Shown here: piece after piece, positions 1-8,808 of the stretch
How the letters are laid out: the number at the start of each line of letters is the position of its first letter
Position numbering within the stretch: position 1 is the stretch's first letter
Assembly (NCBI GenBank): GCA_043813875.1
Contig: JBDRKP010000053.1
Location: 1 to 54,834 of the forward strand
DNA length: 54,834 nucleotides
Reading direction: 5' to 3'
DNA from: an archaeon
GTDB lineage: Archaea > EX4484-52 > B79-G9
The notes under the pieces: generated by a model
What the model was told of the DNA's origin: nothing
The model's input: the letters and a program-made list of their open reading frames with translations, nothing else
Database searches by the model: none
Position numbers and translations under genes: made by a program

Positions 1-44
1 TTAAACATCAGAAGACTATTTGGTATTAAGTTGTATGAATTCAT
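1..44 (-). CDS. 5' end of a gene running off the left edge (MNSYNLIPNSLLMF...)
   Basis: Minus strand GGGGGAGA, 4 nt, then ATG at 44; frame open to the window edge. Confidence 0.45.
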   Translation of the reverse strand, partial: MNSYNLIPNSLLMF

Positions 45-225
45 TTTATCTCCCCCGGATTGTTTTGTTCCAAAAAACGTATGGGGAGATAGAATATATA
101 TGTGCTACTAAAGATTAGCTACAAAAAGTGCAAAAGGTCTATTTAATATATTTGACTTGGCGGGCTCGCAATTCCGCATAAAAGGTTTTTTCTTTTGCGG
201 CGGCTTCTTGAGCGCATTATGATGG

Positions 226-327
226 CGCAGGATAATTGTTTTTTAGGTGACTACAATCCCTGTTTTTTGTAGTCACCCATGAAATTTATAAAATGCAGTC
301 ACCTATAATCACTTACTGTATCCTGCG
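226..327. repeat. Nested inverted repeat (GGTGACTAC hairpin family) downstream of marC
   Basis: CGCAGGATA 226-234 / TATCCTGCG 319-327; GGTGACTACAA 246-256 / TTGTAGTCACC 267-277; TAGGTGACT 244-252 / AGTCACCTA 297-305. Confidence 0.6.
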
Positions 328-366
328 ATGCGATTGATTGCAAGCGCGCGGATATGCTCTGCGGGA

Positions 367-966
367 CTAGAAGAAGACGTTTCTTATGCCGGTCACCATC
401 ATGTCGACGCCGATGGCGCCTATGAAGAAGCCGTTCAGTCTCAGGATGATGCCCATGCTCTTGTCAAAGGCATCTTTCAGCCGCTTTTTTGCGATGTTGT
501 CTCTTGACAGTTTCAGGGCGATTATGATGGCGTAATTTACAAAAAGGATTATCGCAAGCGATATCGTGCCGTCGGTTGTTGTCAGTTTCTGGCCCATGAC
601 TATGGTGAGCGATATTGAGCCAGCGCCTATCATGAACGGGAAGGCTATCTCTGTCGCCAGTTCGTCAAGGTTTCCTTTCATCTGGACGATGGCTTTCTGG
701 CCTTTTACGATGTAGAGGTATGCGAAGGAGAAGATGATGATGCCGCCGAAAATGCGGAAGGATTCGAAGTTTATCTGCAATATCTTCTGAAAGATGATGT
801 CGCCTGTGATCAAGAACAGGAAAAGGATGAAGTAGGATGTCAGTGTTGATTTTAAGAGCAGTTTCATGAAATCCCTGTGAGACATCTGTTCCATGAGCGG
901 CTCGAGGTAGAGGAAGAGCGCGAAGGGGTTGAGCATCGCAAGGAAGCCTATGATTGTCGAAAGCAT
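367..966 (-). CDS. marC: MarC family integral membrane protein
   Basis: N-terminal NP motif, 'ESFRIFGGII', 'AFPFMIGAGSI', about 6 hydrophobic helices. Confidence 0.85.
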   Translation of the reverse strand: MLSTIIGFLAMLNPFALFLYLEPLMEQMSHRDFMKLLLKSTLTSYFILFLFLITGDIIFQKILQINFESFRIFGGIIIFSFAYLYIVKGQKAIVQMKGNLDELATEIAFPFMIGAGSISLTIVMGQKLTTTDGTISLAIILFVNYAIIIALKLSRDNIAKKRLKDAFDKSMGIILRLNGFFIGAIGVDMMVTGIRNVFF

Positions 967-1013
967 AGGATTAGATAGCGGGATAGATTTTTAAAGGGAT
1001 ATGATGTCTTCCC

Positions 1014-1072
1014 GGGTGACTACGATAAGTTATTTTGTGGTCACCCATGCGCTCCTGTGTCAGGTGACCACA
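1014..1072. repeat. GGTGAC(T/C)AC hairpin, second copy, between rlmH and marC
   Basis: GGGTGACTACGA 1014-1025, TTGTGGTCACCC 1035-1046, GGTGACCACA 1063-1072. Confidence 0.55.
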
Positions 1073-1087
1073 TCATGGCCTTTACTG

Positions 1088-1522
1088 TCATTTGTGGTAT
1101 TTCATGTTGCGCTCTATCGTGAGCGTGCGGTAGATCTGCTCGAGGAGGAGGATGCGCGCCATCTCGTGGGTGAAGGTCATGCTTGAGAGCGAGATTGTGC
1201 TTTTTGCGCGCTTTTTTACGTCTTCTGAGAGGCCGTTTGCGCCGCCGATGACGAATACCGGAGCGATTGTTTTTTTTAGCAGATGGGCGAAGTCAACTGT
1301 GGTGAGTTGAGCGCCTTTCGGGTCCAGGGCTATGAAGGGCTTGTCTTTTATTTTTGATAGGAGGGATTCGCCTTCCTTTTTTATGACCTCTTCAATATTC
1401 TGTGACTTGTCGTTCTTGAGCTCGAGCACTTCTGCTTTTGAGAAATGGTTGATGCGTGTCAGATATTCTTTTTCCTGATCTTTGAACATCTTGTTTGTGC
1501 CTACTGAGATTATTGTGATCAT
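1088..1522 (-). CDS. rlmH: 23S rRNA pseudouridine-1915 N3-methyltransferase RlmH (SPOUT)
   Basis: 'FVIGGANGL', 'SLSSMTFTHEMARILLLEQIYR', C-terminal 'YHK'; GGTGA SD 4 nt before ATG. Confidence 0.92.
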   Translation of the reverse strand: MITIISVGTNKMFKDQEKEYLTRINHFSKAEVLELKNDKSQNIEEVIKKEGESLLSKIKDKPFIALDPKGAQLTTVDFAHLLKKTIAPVFVIGGANGLSEDVKKRAKSTISLSSMTFTHEMARILLLEQIYRTLTIERNMKYHK

Positions 1523-1665
1523 GTGTTCACCTTTTGTATATTTGGCTTCTGGATTTAATTAATGTTGTTTAATTTTGTATTTATGATGCCCTAACTCTCA
1601 CATTTTTGTGGGTTTTTTTTGGTCTATCCTGTTTTACGAGGGATGATTTCGTGCCAGGAAGTTTA

Positions 1666-1763
1666 TAGTAAACGCCATAACTTTTTGGACAAATGGCGTT
1701 TCCATATAGTTGACATCTCTTGGTTTTTGGCATAATTTGTCCATTTATCAACGATGTCAACTA
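1666..1763. mobile_element. TA-flanked bipartite hairpin miniature element (A+B modules), copy 1, upstream of srp54
   Basis: TA|TAGT...ACTA|TA; module A stem AAACGCCAT/ATGGCGTTT; module B stem TAGTTGACATC/GATGTCAACTA; similar to 31399-31497 and 46238-46336. Confidence 0.8.
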
Positions 1764-1804
1764 TATTTAAAGTTTATAATCAAGGTAATTTTCAGGTAAT
1801 CAAT

Positions 1805-3124
1805 ATGTTTGACAAAATCAAGGATGCACTCAACAAGTTCGCGCGGCTCGGGGTCGCTGACAAGAAGGCAATCGATGAGCTTGTGCGGGACATACAGCGC
1901 ACGCTGATAGCTTCTGATGTGAATGTGAAGCTTGTTTTTGAGCTATCGAAGAATATCAAGGAGAAGGCGCTTGATGAAAAGATACCAAAAGGGCTTACGA
2001 GGCGCGAGCATGTTGTCGATATTGTCTATAAGGAGCTTGTGAGGTTCCTCGGCGAGAAGAAGCCGGATATAATGCTCAAGAGCCAGAGAATACTGCTTGT
2101 CGGGCTTTTCGGGTCCGGTAAGACTACTACTACGGCCAAGCTTGCCAAGTATTTCACAAAAAAGGGGCTTTCGTGCGGGATGATATCGTGCGACGTGTGG
2201 AGGCCTGCGGCGTTCGAGCAGCTCAACCAGCTATCAAAGCAGATAAATGTGGCGGTATATGGCGATTCGAAGGAAAAGGATCCGGTGAAGATTATCGAGA
2301 AGGGACTTGTGGCGCTTGAAGGGAAAGAGGTCATAATTGTCGATTCTGCCGGCAGGTCTGCGCTTGATGATGAACTGAGGGAGGAGCTTGTCAGGATCGA
2401 TGAGGTTGTCAAGGCGGATGAGAAGCTGCTTGTGCTGTCGGGTGATATCGGGCAGGCTGCAGGGAGCCAGGCAAAGGAGTTCAATGAGCTTGTCGGGCTT
2501 ACGGGTGTCATAATCACGAAGATGGATTCGAGCGCAAAGGGAGGCGGGGCGCTCTCTGCGTGCTATGCTGCGGGGATCAATACGAAATTCGTCGGAATGG
2601 GTGAGAAGATTGATGATTTTGAGACATATGACCCAGTGAAGTTCGTGTCAAGGCTTCTTGGGATGGGGGATCTTGAAGGGCTGCTTGAGAAGGCAAAGGA
2701 GGTCATGAGTCCTGAGAAGGCTGAGGAGATCATGAGCGGGTCGTTCAACCTGAATACGTTCTATGACCAGATAGACAGCATGAAGAAGATGGGCTCCTTA
2801 AGCAAGATCATGGATATGCTGCCGATGGGCGGGGTCAAGATACCGAAACACCTGATGGATGAGCAGCAGGACAAGATGGAGAAATGGAAAATCATCATGG
2901 ATTCGATGACGAAGGAAGAGAAGAAGAAGCCAGAGGTCATTGATTCTTCGCGTATCGAGAGGATCGCCGCCGGGGCGGGGGTCGAGCCGGCTGAGGTCAA
3001 AGAGCTTATGAAGAATTACAAGCAAGTCAGCAAGATGATGAAGAGGTTCAAGGGCGGGAAGGCGTTCAAGAGAGGGCCGCTGAAGGATATGTTCAAGAGC
3101 CTTAAGGGGAATCTGCCGGTGTGA
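1805..3124 (+). CDS. srp54: Signal recognition particle protein SRP54
   Basis: GLFGSGKTTT, DVWRPAA, DSAGR, TKMD, Met-rich M domain with SRIERIAAGAG; start set at MFDKIK after AGGTAA. Confidence 0.96.
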   Translation: MFDKIKDALNKFARLGVADKKAIDELVRDIQRTLIASDVNVKLVFELSKNIKEKALDEKIPKGLTRREHVVDIVYKELVRFLGEKKPDIMLKSQRILLVGLFGSGKTTTTAKLAKYFTKKGLSCGMISCDVWRPAAFEQLNQLSKQINVAVYGDSKEKDPVKIIEKGLVALEGKEVIIVDSAGRSALDDELREELVRIDEVVKADEKLLVLSGDIGQAAGSQAKEFNELVGLTGVIITKMDSSAKGGGALSACYAAGINTKFVGMGEKIDDFETYDPVKFVSRLLGMGDLEGLLEKAKEVMSPEKAEEIMSGSFNLNTFYDQIDSMKKMGSLSKIMDMLPMGGVKIPKHLMDEQQDKMEKWKIIMDSMTKEEKKKPEVIDSSRIERIAAGAGVEPAEVKELMKNYKQVSKMMKRFKGGKAFKRGPLKDMFKSLKGNLPV

Positions 3125-3144
3125 GGATTATGTTGACAGGAAGT

Positions 3145-4497
3145 TCATATCACTTTGTCTTTCTTAAGTTCTTTTAGCATCTCTTCGACCGAATGGGCTG
3201 CCCTTGTCACGCCCATGCTTCTTGTGTCTGTGTCTGTCCCTGCAAGATAAAGGCCGCTTATCGGGGTTCTTGGGCCAGGGAATCTGGCGCCGACGGTTAT
3301 TGCTGCCTTTTCAGGAGTGGTCACCTGTATGTGCTTCATGATTATGCCTTTTTCTATGCCGGGAAACAGGCCTTTAATTGTGTCTAATAGCAATTCACTC
3401 TGCTCTTTTTCTGTGCGCCCGCCTGTCAGCGCGGATGTAAAACCGATTAGCTGAGTGCCTGGTGGCGCGAACTGAGGGTCATAATTGGATACTGGCATGG
3501 CCCAATATGGGGTATCGCTGTTTGAAAATACTTCTGAGCCGATATAATCAAATTCTTTCCTTTTTTGCTTCAGACCAAGCCATAATGTGAGGGCTTTTGA
3601 CTGCTTAAGGTTCAAGAGTGAATCTTTGAAGTCTTGGGGGAGTTTGTTTTCTATCAATGATGGAAGGGTTTTGACTTCTGCTGTGAAGATGACGATGCCT
3701 GATCTGTATTTGCCTTTTTTTGTGGTTGTCAGAAAGGCGTTTCCTTTCTTTCTGATTTTTGTGGCTGCTTCATCTGTGTTTATTGTCACGCGGCCGATAG
3801 GAATTGACATCAGGATCGCGTTTGTTATGCTTCTTATGCCGCCGGCAGGGTAACCATGACCGCTGATGTTGTTGTTTTTAACTATGCCGACGATGCCTGA
3901 GATTTTTTTCTTTATGCCGCGGGACAGTTCATCGGTGGTGCCGCCGCCTGAAAGTATCCGCCATACGGGGGTCTCTTCCATGGATTTGCCTGAGAGGAAA
4001 TAGCATACTGTGTCGATAAATTTCAGGGCGCTCTGAGAGAAGTCGTATTTTTTTATGAAATCATAGACGCTTTTGTCTAGTTCTTTTTCGTCAAATGTGT
4101 GGTTTTTTGTAGCGTCGATGAAGGAGCGCGCGATTATGAGCCGGTCTTTTTTTGAGAACATGTTAAATCTTGCAAGCGACTGCAGAGTGGAGGGGAATCT
4201 TAAGAGCTTGTTTTCGCTTCTTACGTAATAGTGCCCATGCGGAAGAAATCTTGGGACTATGTCAAAATATTTATTCATAAGTTCGACCAGCGGTCCTTTT
4301 TTGAGGCTGGTGATGGCGTGGACTCCTGTATCTACCTGGAAACCAGCGATATTGTATGACCTGCAGTTGCCGCCGAGAAGTGATGTTTTTTCAAGGAGCA
4401 GTACGGTTTTGCGTTCTTTTGCGAGCGCAAGCGCTGACAGGAGCCCGGAGATGCCGGCGCCTACTACGACAGCGTCATATTTTTTTTGAGAGATGAT
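3145..4497 (-). CDS. FAD-dependent oxidoreductase (phytoene dehydrogenase-like); probable ATC start
   Basis: Frame extends 73 codons upstream of the ORF-track ATG and encodes YDAVVVGAGISGL...LLEKTSLLGG; C-terminal GLYLAGTD; in-frame TGA at 4503-4501 within the AGGTGA SD. Confidence 0.85.
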   Translation of the reverse strand: MISQKKYDAVVVGAGISGLLSALALAKERKTVLLLEKTSLLGGNCRSYNIAGFQVDTGVHAITSLKKGPLVELMNKYFDIVPRFLPHGHYYVRSENKLLRFPSTLQSLARFNMFSKKDRLIIARSFIDATKNHTFDEKELDKSVYDFIKKYDFSQSALKFIDTVCYFLSGKSMEETPVWRILSGGGTTDELSRGIKKKISGIVGIVKNNNISGHGYPAGGIRSITNAILMSIPIGRVTINTDEAATKIRKKGNAFLTTTKKGKYRSGIVIFTAEVKTLPSLIENKLPQDFKDSLLNLKQSKALTLWLGLKQKRKEFDYIGSEVFSNSDTPYWAMPVSNYDPQFAPPGTQLIGFTSALTGGRTEKEQSELLLDTIKGLFPGIEKGIIMKHIQVTTPEKAAITVGARFPGPRTPISGLYLAGTDTDTRSMGVTRAAHSVEEMLKELKKDKVI

Positions 4498-4649
4498 AAA
4501 TCACCTAAATAAAGAATTTTAATATCTATGTTATTTATATGGGAATATATTTATATTGGATATCCAAGAATTTATGTCTCTTTTACTTTAATAATATTTC
4601 TTTTTGTTGGGTAGCATTGTGATTAATGCGGTAAATGTTTAGAATTGGT

Positions 4650-4686
4650 GATATGCAAGGGGCATAAATGCCCCAGAATGCATATC
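4650..4686. repeat. Nested palindrome resembling an IS200/IS605 end hairpin
   Basis: GATATGCA / TGCATATC outer stem enclosing GGGGCAT-AA-ATGCCCC. Confidence 0.35.
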
Positions 4687-4894
4687 GTTCTCTTTGGGAA
4701 GAGAGGAGGGGGTTGAATTTGATTGCGTAATGGGTTGTGTTTACATTAGATAGTAGCACATATCACCCCAAGATAGTAACTTATATCTCCCGATAAGTTT
4801 ATAAACCTTTTGTTTTTTGGTTTTACCTGCGCAAAGTTAATAAGTATTTCTGTGTAATTTGCAATTCTAAAAAAATGATACGGTTGGTGATTTT

Positions 4895-6025
4895 ATGGTT
4901 GAATATGATGAGTTCGGACCCGAGAAAATCGTCGAGGTCTATGACCCGAAAACGGGTATGAGAGGCATAACTGTCATCCATTCGACGGCTCTTGGGCCTG
5001 CAAAGGGCGGGATCAGGATGGAGAAGGATGTCACAAGAGATGAGGTGTTCGGGCTTGCGCGGGCGATGAGCTGGAAATGCGCGCTTGCTGATCTTCCTTT
5101 CGGCGGAGGGAAGTCAGGCATCATCGGCGACCCAAAGGCGCCTAACAAGCAGGAGATTGTGGCTGCTTTCTCGCGGGCGCTCAAGCAGGAAATCCCCAGC
5201 CAGTATGTGGCTGCGCCTGATATGAATATCGCCGAGGGGGAGATGAGGACGTTCGCCAATGCAAACGGGTCGCTGCAATCATGCACTGGCAAGCCTCTTG
5301 ATATGAAGGGCCTTCCGCATGAGCTCGGATCTACCGGTTTTGGCGTCTTTCTTGCAACGCTCGTGGCTCTGAAGCATAAAGGGATGGATGTTGACGGCGC
5401 CACTGTCGCTATCGAGGGTTTCGGCAACGTCGGCCAGTTCACGGCGAAGTTCCTTGCCGAGAAGGGAGCAAAGATTGTCGCTGTGTCTGATTCGAAGGGC
5501 ACGCTATATAATCCGGACGGTCTTGATGTTCTTAAGCTTATCGAAGTCAAGGAGAGAACAAGAGCAGTTGGCAATTATGCTGATGCAGAGAAGATGACGA
5601 CTGAGGAGCTGTTCGGGCTTGACGTGGATGTACTGGTCCCTGGGGCAAGGCCGAATGTCATCACAGATAAGAACGTCTCTTTAGTGAAGGCAAAGATTGT
5701 TGTCGAGGCGGCAAATATCCCTATGACTTATGATACCGAGAAGAAACTGCATGATAAAGGGGTTCTTGTTGTGCCTGATTTTGTTGCCAATGCCGGCGGC
5801 GTGATATCATCTTATGTCGAGTATATAGGCGGCGACAATGATGAGGCGTTCAGGATGATCGAGGAGAAGATCAACAAGAATACCGAGCTTGTCCTGTCGC
5901 GCGCGGAAAAGGAAGGTGTGATGCCGAGGGATGCGGCGCTTGCCATCGCGAAGGAGAGAATCAGGAAGGCGCTTGATAGGCGGTATGAGAACGTAAAGAA
6001 AGAGAATGAGAAGCATATATCATAG
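4895..6025 (+). CDS. gdhA: Glu/Leu/Phe/Val dehydrogenase (glutamate dehydrogenase-like)
   Basis: LGPAKGGIR, FGGGKSGI, APD, EGFGNVG, EAAN, PDFVANAGGV. Confidence 0.9.
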   Translation: MVEYDEFGPEKIVEVYDPKTGMRGITVIHSTALGPAKGGIRMEKDVTRDEVFGLARAMSWKCALADLPFGGGKSGIIGDPKAPNKQEIVAAFSRALKQEIPSQYVAAPDMNIAEGEMRTFANANGSLQSCTGKPLDMKGLPHELGSTGFGVFLATLVALKHKGMDVDGATVAIEGFGNVGQFTAKFLAEKGAKIVAVSDSKGTLYNPDGLDVLKLIEVKERTRAVGNYADAEKMTTEELFGLDVDVLVPGARPNVITDKNVSLVKAKIVVEAANIPMTYDTEKKLHDKGVLVVPDFVANAGGVISSYVEYIGGDNDEAFRMIEEKINKNTELVLSRAEKEGVMPRDAALAIAKERIRKALDRRYENVKKENEKHIS

Positions 6026-6161
6026 CTGGCCGTTGTTTTGTGTCACCACCATTCCTTTCTGCATGATCGCCAAAACCTCAGGCATTTGCATGGATCACAT
6101 TACTTTGTGCTGCGCCTGAATCATCTTCTCTTGAAACTGAGGGTAAGATGATGTCGATTGC

Positions 6162-7622
6162 TCACGAACAAGCACTTGTATATGTTGTAACTTCTGGTGA
6201 ACTCCACGCCGGATTTTCATGCGTCCATGTTATTATTAGGTTATTTCCACTGGCATGGGTATAAAAAATAGATGCATATGGATCTTCTCCGTCTGTAGTT
6301 TTTGCTCCGGATACACCCGCATCCACATGCCACACGCCATCGTGATCATTCACAGTGGCATAATGAGTGTGTGCACCAACGAATACCGCGACTTTTTGAG
6401 ATACAAATAGATTCTGCAGGTTGTTTCTATTTGTAACATCTTTATCCAATGAATCGCCTACATGACGACTCTTAGGATATAAAGGTTCATGTCCGACGAC
6501 TACCTTGCAACTTGTTGTTCCCGATAAATCAGTATTTAGCCAATTAAATAAAGCAGTTGGTATGTAACCTCCTTCTGTGCCTCCGTATTTCCAATACGCA
6601 TCATTATTTGCCCCATCCCAGTATTCGTTCATGTTAATGACATGTATTCCACCCACATTCAATGAATATGTTGTTTTATCTGTTCCTGTGGGGCCGGGGG
6701 TTGGAGTTATTTTTAAACCGGAATACATTGCACGAACCGCTGAAGCATCTCCTTGATCTATTTCATGGTTTCCCATCACATAAAACACGGGTATATCTTT
6801 TACATCTGATGCGGCATATGCCTGTTGTGTTTGTGCTATTCTATCCATATCACCGATCATAAATATTGCATCAACCGTACCCGTCGGTGATTGTGGAATA
6901 ACTTGATTAAGGTCTTTTGTCAATTCAGTTATTCCTGCTGCTCCAAATTTTGATGGTCTTGCATCACCAAGGTATGCTATAGTGCCGGATGCGGGTGCGG
7001 GACATGCAGGGCAGGAGCCTCCGCAATCGATCCCGGTCTCATCGCCATCTTTTATCCCGTTTGAGCAGGATGGTGCGGGGACACCCATCTCACTACATAC
7101 TGTTTTTAATTTATCTACATCAGCGTCTTCTTCAAGTACGGTTATCCCGCATTCTTTTTTTGTGAAGTCCATTGGATATGTTGTATAGCTTGAGCGTTTT
7201 AGAATCTTGTCTGCCAAGGATAATACTGTCTTCTTCTGGCCGAGGTAGCTCACTTCAGCATCGCAGGTCAGGCGTTTACATACAGGCTTTTCTTCACGAA
7301 GCTTCATGCAGAGATAGTTACCGACAGAGGTATCATGAAGAGTTATTTTTTCGTCTATGTCTCCGGGATATATTTTCGGATTGTCTGTCGCGTATATCGC
7401 TTCGACTATGTCGGGTATATTTGCCTTGTAGTATGTCTCTTGGCCTGAATTTGCAGCGCAGAGGGTGTTGATGTTGGTGTATATGTCTGAGAATTGCTTG
7501 CCTGCGTCCTGTCGGGCGCGTTCGGTGAAGATGTTGTTGAGGATGCCTAGAAATATGCCGATGGCCACGAGGCCTACTATCAGGCCGGTTATTATCCAGT
7601 TAAATGCGAATGCTTTTTTCAT
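6162..7622 (-). CDS. Membrane-anchored pilin-like N-terminal domain + Cys-rich linker + calcineurin-like metallophosphoesterase
   Basis: MKKAFAFNW followed by a hydrophobic helix; CSNGIKDGDETGIDCGGSC; GDAR, GDMD, GNHE, GHEP, GAHTH motifs. Confidence 0.75.
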   Translation of the reverse strand: MKKAFAFNWIITGLIVGLVAIGIFLGILNNIFTERARQDAGKQFSDIYTNINTLCAANSGQETYYKANIPDIVEAIYATDNPKIYPGDIDEKITLHDTSVGNYLCMKLREEKPVCKRLTCDAEVSYLGQKKTVLSLADKILKRSSYTTYPMDFTKKECGITVLEEDADVDKLKTVCSEMGVPAPSCSNGIKDGDETGIDCGGSCPACPAPASGTIAYLGDARPSKFGAAGITELTKDLNQVIPQSPTGTVDAIFMIGDMDRIAQTQQAYAASDVKDIPVFYVMGNHEIDQGDASAVRAMYSGLKITPTPGPTGTDKTTYSLNVGGIHVINMNEYWDGANNDAYWKYGGTEGGYIPTALFNWLNTDLSGTTSCKVVVGHEPLYPKSRHVGDSLDKDVTNRNNLQNLFVSQKVAVFVGAHTHYATVNDHDGVWHVDAGVSGAKTTDGEDPYASIFYTHASGNNLIITWTHENPAWSSPEVTTYTSACS

Positions 7623-7689
7623 GTCAGGCACGGGAGATATACGATATTCACGGTCTATCAATATTTGTGCAGGACGCATATATATAATT

Positions 7690-8499
7690 TTATTTTTTGA
7701 GCCATGTACCAAGGCTAGCGTCGGCTTCTATATCAAATATCTGGTTGTCATTCGCTGAGACTGTCTTTATGCCTGTGTCTTCCTCTATCTGTTGTGCTAT
7801 TTTCCAGGGTCCGTGCTTTATAATCCCCATGCCTATGTGCTGGATGATCGCAAGTTTCGGGTTGATGTCTTTTATGAATCTTTTTGTATCTTCTACGTCC
7901 ATGTGCTTTTTTTCATAGCCGTCCGCCTTTTCATTGTCCCATTTGAGGTAGACGCAGTTGAGGATGATGATGTCGGAACCAATGTGTTTTTTTGCGATGG
8001 CTTTCGTGTAGAGGGTGTCTGAGAGGTATGAGATTGTTTTTTCTGCGTGGAAGATGAAACCGATGCCTGCTTTGTCTGTGTGCTCCGTCGGGGTGACGGT
8101 GATTTTCAGGGCGCCGATGTTGAATTCGTCGCCGGCTTTGAGAATCCGCTTATTTTGTGCGCAGTCCTGATGGTAGTAGTTGATGGCTTTTTCTTCGCCT
8201 TCAAGGACTGACGATGGCGCTGCGATGAGGCCTCTTTTTTTTCTTGTGCCTGCGGTCATGGCTTCGATGAGGACTGCCGCATCGTTTGTGTGGTCTATGT
8301 GGTTGTGGGAGACCAGTACCGCGTCGAGGTTCTCTAAGCGGATTTTTTGGGTGCGGGAGCGGATGAGTGCGCCGGGACCGGGGTCGAGGTAGATTCTTTC
8401 TCCTTTGAGTTCGGCGTAGATGCCGGCGGTCGATCTCAGCTGGGTGACGAGGTTTATCCTGCCGCCGCCTGTGCCTAAGAACTGGATTCTTGATGCCAT
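7690..8499 (-). CDS. MBL-fold metallo-hydrolase
   Basis: FLGTGGGR, LDPGPG, SHNHIDH (HxHxDH), SDT and downstream His. Confidence 0.88.
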   Translation of the reverse strand: MASRIQFLGTGGGRINLVTQLRSTAGIYAELKGERIYLDPGPGALIRSRTQKIRLENLDAVLVSHNHIDHTNDAAVLIEAMTAGTRKKRGLIAAPSSVLEGEEKAINYYHQDCAQNKRILKAGDEFNIGALKITVTPTEHTDKAGIGFIFHAEKTISYLSDTLYTKAIAKKHIGSDIIILNCVYLKWDNEKADGYEKKHMDVEDTKRFIKDINPKLAIIQHIGMGIIKHGPWKIAQQIEEDTGIKTVSANDNQIFDIEADASLGTWLKK

Positions 8500-8550
8500 T
8501 GCTAATTGTTGGGGCAAGACATTTATATCTTTTTTAACAATATCTATTTT

Positions 8551-8778
8551 ATGGATGATGAGATCACTTTCGGAAATGAGGATGTTGATGAGGAGATCAA
8601 GAAGAAGATGAAACTGATTGAGGGGAAGATGAAGGAGATACGGGAGCTTCGTGTCGATATCAGGGAGCTGAATAAGAGGAAGGCGAAGAAAAGGGCGATA
8701 AGGATCAATGTCCCTGCGGATAAGAAAGAGGAGATTCAGAAGAGGATCAAGGAGATGATGGAGGAGTATGCGGAGTAG
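8551..8778 (+). CDS. Small charged coiled-coil hypothetical protein
   Basis: 75-aa K/E-rich ORF with host-like codon usage. Confidence 0.6.
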   Translation: MDDEITFGNEDVDEEIKKKMKLIEGKMKEIRELRVDIRELNKRKAKKRAIRINVPADKKEEIQKRIKEMMEEYAE

Positions 8779-8808
8779 GTGTTGTTTTTATCAGGGAGAC
8801 AACTCAAC

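Noticed and set aside
1754-1804. N-terminal extension of SRP54 in the ORF track
   Set aside because: That ATG lies inside the inserted hairpin element; homology and the SD point to ATG 1805
4470-4490. Programmed frameshift at the A8 run in the oxidoreductase 5' end
   Set aside because: The frame is continuous through the run, and no upstream ATG-initiated frame feeds into it
6030-6160. Possible gene remnant between gdhA and the phosphoesterase gene
   Set aside because: Coding-like composition, but stops interrupt the frames and I recognise no family
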